A stretch of DNA of 26,120 nt, from positions 1 through 26,120 of the IMG/VR virus record IMGVR_UViG_3300020401_000078. One strand, 5' to 3'. Shown in pieces: positions 16,861-25,633 of this stretch. The notes below the pieces were generated by a model. That model was not told the origin of the DNA. It worked only from the letters and a program-made list of their open reading frames with translations, and did no database searches. A program made the position numbers and the translations under genes. The stretch comes from a virus (lineage: Duplodnaviria > Caudoviricetes). The number at the start of each line of letters is the position of its first letter. The first letter of the stretch is position 1.

Positions 16861-17894
16861 TGATTAAAGGTAGCAACAGACGTATGTTTCGTAAGCCCGG
16901 TAGGGCTCGTCAGGCGATTGGTATTCTAGCTTCTTCGAAAGAGTTGATGGACGCGGCACAAGCTGGTCAGGAAATGCCCACGGAACCAGTTCAGTATTTC
17001 AATGGTGGCGGCGGAGTAAACAGCATATACAGCGAACTAGACTTATACGGAGGCGTTGCTCCTGGTTTTGAAAAGGTGGGCGAGGGAGATGACGCAACGA
17101 TACAACCGATTGGTGGATTAGAGGGTTCTCTTGCAAGACTGTACGGTATGCGAGATCCTTTACGAGTACGCTCAGAGTCAGGGTTTGATCTCTTAGAGCT
17201 CGGTGCTCGAATCGCTGCGGGTCAGAGTGACTCAACAACACAGAACATTGCTAATGCATTGATCCCCACGATTGACAAAATCGGCAAGCGCAGAGAGAAA
17301 AATTTAGCGACAGATCTTGCTGTTGCACAGATGAAAGATAAAAAACAAGCTGAACAGGATGCTTTAGATGCTCAGTTGATGAATCGAAGACTAAAAGCAA
17401 ATTTACCACACGATGATTCTCTTAGAGTAATTGGTGCAAGCGTAACTTCTTCGGGGCTTATTAATTACAAAGGAAAAGGTTATTCTGATTTGACTGCCTT
17501 GCTCAGTTCGGAAGAGTTAGATCCAAAAGACAAAGAGAAATTCCTTGCTGAATCCGTAAAATCAAAAGGCGATGTTTCAGAACGTTATGCACAAAGAACG
17601 TTAGATGTTGAGGGCACATCCGCAGAAGAGTTTCTTGCTTATGCTTTGGCGGAAAATCAACCAAAGAGCGAGCTTGAGTACAGAGAGTACGTTAAGAACG
17701 TTGAGGCAGGAATGAACTCACGAGGCTTTAGGAAAATCAAAAGGAAGGGATCCAATCAAGTTGTTTTTGTTAACACCCGAACCATGGAGGTTTTCACTCC
17801 TCGCGGTGTAGCTCTTCACATAAGTGACCCAAAAAAAGCCAAGGTAGTGTTAGAAGCAACCATTAAAAAATTCGGCCTACCAATTGAGAATTGA
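16860..17894 (+). CDS. Putative internal virion protein
   Basis: 344 aa, helical, TAATG coupling, flanked by ejection-like genes. Confidence 0.5.
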   Translation: MIKGSNRRMFRKPGRARQAIGILASSKELMDAAQAGQEMPTEPVQYFNGGGGVNSIYSELDLYGGVAPGFEKVGEGDDATIQPIGGLEGSLARLYGMRDPLRVRSESGFDLLELGARIAAGQSDSTTQNIANALIPTIDKIGKRREKNLATDLAVAQMKDKKQAEQDALDAQLMNRRLKANLPHDDSLRVIGASVTSSGLINYKGKGYSDLTALLSSEELDPKDKEKFLAESVKSKGDVSERYAQRTLDVEGTSAEEFLAYALAENQPKSELEYREYVKNVEAGMNSRGFRKIKRKGSNQVVFVNTRTMEVFTPRGVALHISDPKKAKVVLEATIKKFGLPIEN

Positions 17895-17903
17895 TAAAAA
17901 TCC

Positions 17904-20900
17904 ATGGAAGAATTTGAAATAGATGTGGATTTTGACTTTGAGGGAGAAGAAAGTCCTGACCAGGATTTTTTCACGTTCTCTCAAGTAGGAGATATTGGCA
18001 AGGGCATTGGATCTGGGATCCTTGGTATTCCAGAAGGTATTGTTGCACTTCCCCTTATGGCTTCCGACTACTTTTTTGATACCAACAGTCTTGAGTACAA
18101 CGATCGGTTTTTTCAATACATCAGAGATGTAACTGGGCTTGATCCAGAGACTGAAGCTGGTGAAGTAGCAGAACTACTCTCTACTTTTGTGACCGCATCT
18201 ATACCTGTAATTGGCTGGGCATCAACAGCCGGAAAAGCAGGACAAGCAGTAAGAGCAGGAACGGAGATAATTCCTGCGGCTACAAAATTGTTTAGAGGCG
18301 CACAGACCTTTGGAGCATCAAAAACAGGACAGATAATTCTAGCTCCAACATACGGAGCTAGATCACAAAGCGCGATTGTTCGAGCCGGAGGAAGGGCTGT
18401 TGGGCGTTTTCAAACAGGTGCCGCAACAAGTGTTGCCGCTGGACTATCGGATGCAATTGTTGCCCCCGGTGGCACATCAACACTAGCAGATCACTTTGAT
18501 ATTTTGCCTGAAGGTCTACGAACTGAGGACGACACAGGACTTGTAGGTAGAGAAAGAGCCGCCGCTCGATTTAGAAACAAGTTCAGAATAGGCACAGAGT
18601 CAGCGGCTGCAGGCATTCTTATAGGCGATGTAGCGATACCGGCTGCCGGTGCTTTTCTTGCCGGCACTGGCAAAGTGGCTGGTGGAGCAAGTCAAGTAGT
18701 CAGAGATTTACCCGTTCCTACAACCGGGGGCCAGCGTCTTGGCGATGTTGTGTCAAATGGCTACGATATTCTGGGACAGAAATTTGCTAGTACAACCGTT
18801 GGCGAGATAGCCGATAAAACAGGGAAGGTATTTAATCGATACTTCACAAGTGATCGTGGTCTAGAGTCAGGGGTCATGTCTCGTATTGATGATGTGACAG
18901 GGAATATAAAAGCCACCGAAAAACTAGCGTTGAAAAACCTAAACGCGTTTCACAAAGAGGCTGTTAAATATCTCAAAGAACTCAATCGTATGGGTAGAGG
19001 CGGCAAAGAAACGATACAAACCACATATGATGACTTGATAAATTATCTCGAAGGAAACACAGAAGCCCTAATCAAGTACAGAAAGAACCCAGAAAAAGTT
19101 TCAAATATAGAAAAAATTGCAGAGCGCATGGCTAGTGAAAGAAACAAACTTTCACAAGGTTTCATGGACGATTTACAGAAACGTTTTGACGCTGGAGAGT
19201 TTGGGGCAGGAACAAAAGCTGAAGAAGAGTTCCTCCGACTTAGAAGAAATTTTAGAGAAAACGAAAACAAATATCTGCGTAGAATGTTTGCTCGGACAAT
19301 CGGGCGCAACGAAGCTGAATTAGAAGACATTGTAAGAAACTTTGCGGATCTTGAAAAAAGAGGTGCGCTACCGAAGAAAATCAAGGTCGCCATCAATGAA
19401 GTAATGCTAGCTATGGCGAAGATAAAAGCGTATCGAGAGCAGTTCGGCATAACTCAACGAGCAAATGGCACATATGACATCTCTGACAATGAGCCTCTTC
19501 TCAGAGAAGCGGCAGACTATGTGCTAACCAACATTCGCCGACGAGTAGAAAACACACCCGGGATAACAATTGAAGACGCTACGAACGTTCTGCCAGAGGG
19601 TGCAGAAGGTGCAAAAGGTTTTAGAGAGTTCTTTAGACGCAGCCTGACAACGATAGAACCAAAGTTTAAAGTATCAGAAGATGTTTTGAAGGCTAGATCA
19701 CGGATCTTGGACGACCCAGGCACTGTTGTTTTACGCGAGTTAATGGGAGAAATGAAAGAGGGACAGGGTGCGGCTGTACTACGATATACAGACACCATGT
19801 CAAATCTTGCTCGTATCGGAGAAACAAACAGACTGTACATGGATCTCCTTAACAATAAGGAGCTCACAGCAACTGCGGAAGAAGTAATAAGCGGAGCAAA
19901 ACCAAATCCTTTAATTATGAATCCCGCACAAATGGATCTGCTTGATGCTCGAGCGGCTGCTGGAGAACTTACTGGAGACGCGCTAGCTAGGTATCAAAAA
20001 GTTAAGAGAGATCTTGTTCCTCTCGGCGGGAAAACAGATACAGTTTTTGGCGGGAACTATGGTGCTCTTAGCGGCACTCTTGCTCGGAATGAACTGGTGG
20101 ACGCATTACAAATAAAACCATACGACAGAACCGCTCTTGGTATGTTGATGGGAACAGGGGTCGCGTTAAAGTCTTTCTTGCAACAGGCTGTTGTTACTTA
20201 TAACCCTGTTGCCCTTGCAAGAAACTTAATTGGGGGTGGTTTCTATTTAACAGCAAACGGTCTTTTGCCGCGAGGCGGTGACTTGATGGATGCCTTTAAT
20301 TTAACAATAGGCAAGACAGGAAACATTCCAACAGAAGCGGCAACAGATTTGTTTGAAAAAGCACGGCGGTTGCGTATTGTTGATGAGTCTGTTCGAGCCG
20401 GTGAGATTGCAGAGACGATGACCGGGACGGTTGCACAAGCAGAGAAAAGCCCAACCACAAGCCCGTTACAGATTTTTGCTAGGAACTTGCGTGAAAACCT
20501 AGACAAGATTATTCCCACAGAGGTTACGGATAAAGTAGCTAAAGGTGCCAAAGCTGCTGCAAAATCTCCGTATACTGTTCCTCAAAAGATACAACAGTTC
20601 GCGGATAGTTTTTATAAGGTAGCTGCCTGGGTTGGCGAAAGAGCAAGATATGATGCCGCTTTGAGAGCTAGTTTACTTGATGCCTTGCCCCAAGGAACAG
20701 GCAACGCAACCAGTGCTGTTTCGTATAAACTCTGGGACGACCTTGCGGATGAATTTGTTAAACAAGGCGTAGCCACGAGAAAAACAAATGGTTTTGGAGA
20801 TGACTTCTTTGATGTTTGGACAGGCGACTTAGTCACACGCACACAGCCCTCCTACTACAAGATATCCGATATCGGTAGAGGAATCATCAGAACTCCCGTG

Positions 20901-22685
20901 CTTGGTACGTTTGCTGGCTTTATGTCTGAAGTTATCCGTAATGCTGCGAACACTTTTGGTCAGGCCGCAAAAGAAATGAATTTCAGAGCTACTCCTGAGA
21001 TGATTAATATTATGGGTAATCAAGTTATTCGTTTGAAAGGTCTTGAAGCACAAGCCGCTGCAAACCCACAACTTGTACAAGAGTTGGGAGAAAAAGCTGC
21101 TAATGGTCTTGCTCGTCAAATGAATGCAATCGGCACAAAGAGAATGGCTGGTTTGGGTTTCACAACTTTTGGTACTACCGCCACAGCCTCCGCTATCTCC
21201 GCCGCCGCTCTAGGACTAACAGATAAAGAAAAAGAGGGCATGGACAATAGTGCTTCAAGAGGTTTTTACGAAGGACAACGATTTATTTATCTGACCAAGC
21301 CTGTAGACGGAAAGTTTGAAGCGTTGCCTGTTGGATATTTTATTCCAAATGATGTTATTGGAAGTGCTGTAAACGCGGCGTTACAAGACTACGCTCGAGG
21401 AAAAAAGGTAAACGAGGAAAGCATAATTGGTTCTACGATAGAAGGCTTCGGAACATTACTACGCCCCTTCACAGACGAGTCTTTGCTTTTTGAAAGAATT
21501 ATGGATGTCACTGGTCGAAACGGCAGAACAAAAACAGGGGCTGTGATTTATCGTTCGCAACCAGGTGAGATGCAAGCAGACGACTTCGGAGAAATCGTAG
21601 GCAAAAGTGTACTACACTTGTTGGGTGCTGTTACACCAGTTGCTACAGACTACTTCTATGAGCTTGATCCTACTGACCCAGAGTTTGTTAAAAAAGGTCG
21701 TGTGTTAAAAGGATTGCAAGGAGAGCTTACTAAGTCTGGTCAATTCGTTAATCTAGCCGCCGAAGCCACTGCCATGACCACCGGTTTGCGCGGCATTAAA
21801 ATTGATAACGTGAGATCACTTCAATATTCTTCACGAGAGTTTGCACGAGTAAACACCGCTGGACCGGGGGGTGAACTTAATGCAGAACTAAGAACAGAAG
21901 ATGTGACTCCCAGAAAAGCAATCATACAGTGGTACGACACTCAACAAGAAAGTTTTAGAACACAGCAACAACTATATCTTAACGCTAAGAACGCAGAAAA
22001 CACCAACGTCACGGATGGCAAAATCATGCAAACGTTACGAGATAATGGTGTGTCAAAACAGATAGCGGGAACTATCTTAGATGATCAGTTTTCTTTTAAG
22101 ATAGTCGGTAATCGTTTGGTGGAAAATTTAGCCAACGAAATAGCAGAGGATCCTGGCAAACAAGCATTCTATGCCAACCTAGAAAATATTCCTTTTGAAC
22201 AACGTGATCAATTCACGCTTGGTGAATTTCAAGACATGGTCAGCATTCTTAATTCAAAGTCTTCTGACTTTTATGGGCAGATTCCTTTGACACAACCGTT
22301 CCCACCCATAGAAGCATTCTTTTCAGAAGAAGAGCTTGGTCCATCTCTTTTCCGTAGAGCCCTTGGTATATTGCCTGGTGTCAGTGAAGGTCAGCCTAGC
22401 TCTCTTTTTCGAACAACAGATGAGTTTCAGTTTGATGATTTTAATATCGATGACTTTGATGTCGATGACTTTGAAATAGATATGGATGATTTTGAAATAG
22501 ATATGGATGATTTGTCACAAAACACCCCTTCAGGATCGTCTCTCTCGTCGCCTGAAGCATCGATTGCCTCGGCTCCTGTACCTTCTGTGCAAGCTGGAGA
22601 GCGTGTATCACCGGGACTTTTAGGAGACAATCCTGTTGAAATAGCTCGGAACATGGAGCTAGCAGAAAGGACTCGCCGTGGCTGA
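17904..22685 (+). CDS. Large internal virion / DNA transfer protein (T7 gp16-like position)
   Basis: 1593-aa uninterrupted ORF, mostly helical with Gly/Ala-rich hydrophobic segments; last structural gene before the lysin. Confidence 0.65.
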   Translation: MEEFEIDVDFDFEGEESPDQDFFTFSQVGDIGKGIGSGILGIPEGIVALPLMASDYFFDTNSLEYNDRFFQYIRDVTGLDPETEAGEVAELLSTFVTASIPVIGWASTAGKAGQAVRAGTEIIPAATKLFRGAQTFGASKTGQIILAPTYGARSQSAIVRAGGRAVGRFQTGAATSVAAGLSDAIVAPGGTSTLADHFDILPEGLRTEDDTGLVGRERAAARFRNKFRIGTESAAAGILIGDVAIPAAGAFLAGTGKVAGGASQVVRDLPVPTTGGQRLGDVVSNGYDILGQKFASTTVGEIADKTGKVFNRYFTSDRGLESGVMSRIDDVTGNIKATEKLALKNLNAFHKEAVKYLKELNRMGRGGKETIQTTYDDLINYLEGNTEALIKYRKNPEKVSNIEKIAERMASERNKLSQGFMDDLQKRFDAGEFGAGTKAEEEFLRLRRNFRENENKYLRRMFARTIGRNEAELEDIVRNFADLEKRGALPKKIKVAINEVMLAMAKIKAYREQFGITQRANGTYDISDNEPLLREAADYVLTNIRRRVENTPGITIEDATNVLPEGAEGAKGFREFFRRSLTTIEPKFKVSEDVLKARSRILDDPGTVVLRELMGEMKEGQGAAVLRYTDTMSNLARIGETNRLYMDLLNNKELTATAEEVISGAKPNPLIMNPAQMDLLDARAAAGELTGDALARYQKVKRDLVPLGGKTDTVFGGNYGALSGTLARNELVDALQIKPYDRTALGMLMGTGVALKSFLQQAVVTYNPVALARNLIGGGFYLTANGLLPRGGDLMDAFNLTIGKTGNIPTEAATDLFEKARRLRIVDESVRAGEIAETMTGTVAQAEKSPTTSPLQIFARNLRENLDKIIPTEVTDKVAKGAKAAAKSPYTVPQKIQQFADSFYKVAAWVGERARYDAALRASLLDALPQGTGNATSAVSYKLWDDLADEFVKQGVATRKTNGFGDDFFDVWTGDLVTRTQPSYYKISDIGRGIIRTPVLGTFAGFMSEVIRNAANTFGQAAKEMNFRATPEMINIMGNQVIRLKGLEAQAAANPQLVQELGEKAANGLARQMNAIGTKRMAGLGFTTFGTTATASAISAAALGLTDKEKEGMDNSASRGFYEGQRFIYLTKPVDGKFEALPVGYFIPNDVIGSAVNAALQDYARGKKVNEESIIGSTIEGFGTLLRPFTDESLLFERIMDVTGRNGRTKTGAVIYRSQPGEMQADDFGEIVGKSVLHLLGAVTPVATDYFYELDPTDPEFVKKGRVLKGLQGELTKSGQFVNLAAEATAMTTGLRGIKIDNVRSLQYSSREFARVNTAGPGGELNAELRTEDVTPRKAIIQWYDTQQESFRTQQQLYLNAKNAENTNVTDGKIMQTLRDNGVSKQIAGTILDDQFSFKIVGNRLVENLANEIAEDPGKQAFYANLENIPFEQRDQFTLGEFQDMVSILNSKSSDFYGQIPLTQPFPPIEAFFSEEELGPSLFRRALGILPGVSEGQPSSLFRTTDEFQFDDFNIDDFDVDDFEIDMDDFEIDMDDLSQNTPSGSSLSSPEASIASAPVPSVQAGERVSPGLLGDNPVEIARNMELAERTRRG
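22470..22511 (+). repeat. Exact 21-bp tandem duplication (FEIDMDD x2) within an acidic pseudo-repeat
   Basis: tttgaaatagatatggatgat at 22470-22490 and 22491-22511. Confidence 0.95.
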
Positions 22686-23070
22686 ACAAGATTGGTCGCA
22701 GTTTCAAAATTTCTCAATAGAAGAGTTTCGTTGTCAGCATACTGGGGAGGACGGTATGGATTTGAACTTTGTCGCAAAGGTGCAAAAACTTCGCACTGAA
22801 TACGGCACAGGTCTTACAATCAGCAGCGGATACAGAAGCCCCGAACACCCCATCGAAGCAAGGAAGCCAAATGGGCCAGGAGCTCATGCAACTGGTCGCG
22901 CTTGTGATATCAGGATATATGGCGAAGATGCGCTTGATCTCCTGCACTTGGCTCTCGAATCTGGGGACTTCACCGGTATCGGAATACAACAGGCAGGAAG
23001 TTTCAACCGTAGGTTTATCCATCTGGATGACCTAGACAACGAACGCCGCCCCACGATCTGGTCTTATTGA
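22678..23070 (+). CDS. Peptidase M15 family endolysin (Zn peptidoglycan peptidase)
   Basis: 'NFSIEEFRC', 'ISSGYRSPEH', 'GAHATGRACDI' (H-x6-D) and 'FIHLD' Zn ligands; GTG start with AGAAAGG upstream. Confidence 0.88.
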   Translation: MAEQDWSQFQNFSIEEFRCQHTGEDGMDLNFVAKVQKLRTEYGTGLTISSGYRSPEHPIEARKPNGPGAHATGRACDIRIYGEDALDLLHLALESGDFTGIGIQQAGSFNRRFIHLDDLDNERRPTIWSY

Positions 23071-23091
23071 GTAGCGTCTGCCTGGCCGGGC

Positions 23092-23126
23092 GCGGCGGGG
23101 CGTAACCCTCCTTAACGCCTCGCCGC
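23092..23126. promoter_or_regulatory. GC-rich stem-loop between convergent operons (possible terminator, stability element or small RNA)
   Basis: 12-bp stem gcggcggggcgt (23092-23103) / acgcctcgccgc (23115-23126) with one G-U pair; loop aaccctcctta; no U-tract on either side. Confidence 0.65.
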
Positions 23127-23135
23127 AACCCTTCC

Positions 23136-23666
23136 CTAAGTGCTTTCTCCTGCTCCAAAGAAACACGCAAAAGTAAAACGATATGTCGGACAAGCGTGAC
23201 TAGGAGGTCGGATACTATGTTGTACTTCTGTGTGTAGCCAGAGCACACGACCCGGAACAAACGAAATAGCTCGAGAGGCTTCCTCTCCAACATCGTCAAA
23301 GATCAATGTTTCTCCCGCATATTCAGGTAACCACCTTGGGTTTACATAATAAATTAAACTGTCTTCGTGTAAGTGTGAGTGACTACACATGATGTTTGAT
23401 GGTTCCACAAGATTTACTAGAGGCTTTACTGGCTTTCTTCCCGCAATCAGTTCTTGCAACCGAGGAGATCTAATTCTTTGGAAGAACTCAAAGTTCTTTA
23501 CGTCTTCTTCAGAGTAATCGCTGTACAACATCCTACGCTGCCCAACCACATCCGCGACATGATCTCCGTCATGCCAACCTATTTTGTACAAGCTTTGCCG
23601 AGCAAACTCGTAGAAGAAAAGAATGTCTGACCGTATAAACGCGTCATCTATAATCTCGTACTTCAA
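23136..23666 (-). CDS. 2OG-Fe(II) oxygenase family protein
   Basis: 'SHSHLHEDSLIYYVN..W..EYAGETLIFD', 'FVPGRVL', 'HSIRPP......RFT'; TTG start overlapping the polymerase TGA. Confidence 0.78.
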   Translation of the reverse strand: MKYEIIDDAFIRSDILFFYEFARQSLYKIGWHDGDHVADVVGQRRMLYSDYSEEDVKNFEFFQRIRSPRLQELIAGRKPVKPLVNLVEPSNIMCSHSHLHEDSLIYYVNPRWLPEYAGETLIFDDVGEEASRAISFVPGRVLWLHTEVQHSIRPPSHACPTYRFTFACFFGAGEST

Positions 23667-25633
23667 TCCACTTGCCCCCAGTTATCCGCAACTGCACAGT
23701 CCACCTTGAACGGAACCTTGGCATCGACACAGTTCTCCATGATCTGAGATATCTCAGCAATCTGCTTCTCATCTGGATTTCCTGATTCATCTGCATCGAT
23801 GCTGAAACATAGTTCATCGTGCACCTGTAACATGGGGCGATACCCAGCGTTGTAACAATCAAGCATAGCTTTCTTTGTCTGGTCGGCACTCGAACCTTGG
23901 ATCAATCGGTTCAATGCTTTGTATGTAAACGCACGTTTGATTGATGTCCTGCCATGTTCTCGGACTGCTTCCTCCAAAGGCAACGGTTTGTGTATGCCAA
24001 ATGTCTTGGGCTCCCAAAGCGGGAAGCGGCACTTCCTACCTAGAATTGTTCTAATTTGCCCATTCTCAGACGCATGATTAGACACCATCGTTGCCAATCC
24101 TCGAACGAAGGGAACCTTCTCGTGGTATTCATTGAGCAGTTCTTTTGCGTCTTCGACTGTCGTATCAAGGACACCAGCCATCTTATTCACGCCCATGCCA
24201 TACATGATGCCCAGGTTTACTGTCTTGGCATCCTTCCGAGAGATACCAGCCATGTCAGCCACCATCTGATGGAAGTCAGCATCATCGTTTTGGTATTGCT
24301 CAACCACCTCGTCGATGGATGGGTGACGATGCACACCGCTGATTGAAGCACAGTAGTGCGCTAACCAACGTGGCTCCTGTGACGCGTAGTCAAAGCTACC
24401 CCACTTCTCTCCTTCTTCCGGCAGAAATAGTCCTCGAATGATAGACTTGATCTGTGGATCTCGGGCTGGAATTTGTTGGAGGTTTGGATTAGATGAGGAG
24501 AAGCGACCAGTAACGGTGCCACCGTCATCAGACCGAAGAGGATGGAACTCGGCATGAATGCGTCCTTTGTGAGTAAACTTCAAAATATTGGTAATGAACG
24601 TAGTATTTGCTTTGTTGAGTTCGCGCAAGCGAACAATATTCTGTGCCATTGGATGGTGGTGAGAGGCCAGGAATTGTTTCGTAAAAGAAGGCGCGTCCGA
24701 CTTCTCTGTCCTTGGGTATGACAGATCAAGCTTATCGAATACTTTAGAGATAGACATCGCATTCCAAGGCTCTACGTCTAACCCGGTTTCCTTCTTTATC
24801 TCTCCGAGTATCTCTTTCTCTCGCGCTTCAAGAGCGGCTTGCGCTTTCAAAGAGCCCTCTTCATCTACACGAACGCCGTTCCACCGCATGTCTAAGAGCA
24901 TGGGTGTTAGGGCTGTTTCAAGTTCAAAAATACTGCTGACTTCTTCACGCACCAGGTCGGGTTGCATACGATCCCACAACCTTTTGGTAACTGCCGCATC
25001 CTGCTCTGCATACTGACCAACAAACCTAGCCGGTAGCTTCCACATCTCTGATTTTGCGTCTACGCCATAATCCGCTGCGGCAAGTTTCAAAAGTTTTTCG
25101 TTCTTGCGCTCTTGTAAGTAGTCAAACGCCAGCGAGTTCAGGTTGTACCAGCGACGATTCTCGTCAAGCATAGCCGCCGCAACCATGGTGTCGTACACCG
25201 AACCACGGACTTCAATCCCTGCCCAGCGTAGCCATCCAAGATCGTATTGTGCATTGTGCATGACCTTCGGCACATCACACTCCATCATCTCCTTGATGTA
25301 GCCGTGTACTGCCTTCTCAGGCATGTTGCCGCCAACTTCGTGACGCACCGGGTAGTACCCACAGAAGTCGTTGAACGCCACAGCGTAGCCAATGATGTAG
25401 CCGTCATCCCGCGCCCAACCTGGTCCTAGTGTCATAAGATTGGGATCTCGTGTCTCGAGGTCGATGGATATAACCGTTGCGTCTTTGTAGTGATCGGGAA
25501 AGGAACTGGGTGGTGTCCAATCCTGATCCAAAGCAATCGATGCTACTTCACGGATATCCTCTTCTGGAATCTCCCTTGGCTGTAGCTTCCATTCGGTGTC
25601 TTTTTCTGTGAAAGATAATTGCTTGCCCTTCAT
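23663..25633 (-). CDS. polA: Family A DNA polymerase with 3'-5' exonuclease (phage PolA, Leu762 type)
   Basis: ExoI DLET, ExoII HNAQYD, ExoIII YAEQD; TGRFSSSNPNLQQIP; motif A DYASQEPR; motif B RKDAKTVNLGIMYG; motif C VHDEL. The ATG at 25633 (ATGA overlap, AAGGAG upstream) is preferred over 25663. Confidence 0.96.
   Translation of the reverse strand: MKGKQLSFTEKDTEWKLQPREIPEEDIREVASIALDQDWTPPSSFPDHYKDATVISIDLETRDPNLMTLGPGWARDDGYIIGYAVAFNDFCGYYPVRHEVGGNMPEKAVHGYIKEMMECDVPKVMHNAQYDLGWLRWAGIEVRGSVYDTMVAAAMLDENRRWYNLNSLAFDYLQERKNEKLLKLAAADYGVDAKSEMWKLPARFVGQYAEQDAAVTKRLWDRMQPDLVREEVSSIFELETALTPMLLDMRWNGVRVDEEGSLKAQAALEAREKEILGEIKKETGLDVEPWNAMSISKVFDKLDLSYPRTEKSDAPSFTKQFLASHHHPMAQNIVRLRELNKANTTFITNILKFTHKGRIHAEFHPLRSDDGGTVTGRFSSSNPNLQQIPARDPQIKSIIRGLFLPEEGEKWGSFDYASQEPRWLAHYCASISGVHRHPSIDEVVEQYQNDDADFHQMVADMAGISRKDAKTVNLGIMYGMGVNKMAGVLDTTVEDAKELLNEYHEKVPFVRGLATMVSNHASENGQIRTILGRKCRFPLWEPKTFGIHKPLPLEEAVREHGRTSIKRAFTYKALNRLIQGSSADQTKKAMLDCYNAGYRPMLQVHDELCFSIDADESGNPDEKQIAEISQIMENCVDAKVPFKVDCAVADNWGQVD

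Noticed and set aside
18491-21119. Several 60-135 aa antisense ORFs within the 1593-aa gene
   Set aside because: Typical antisense shadows with no RBS or motif support.
22420-22515. CRISPR-like or mini-array repeat
   Set aside because: The units are adjacent with no spacers and lie in frame within a CDS.
23092-23135. Canonical rho-independent terminator
   Set aside because: Strong stem but no U-tract on either strand; kept only as a generic stem-loop.
23015-23299. 94-aa minus-strand ORF crossing the intergenic hairpin
   Set aside because: It overlaps both the oxygenase and the endolysin and has no recognisable features.
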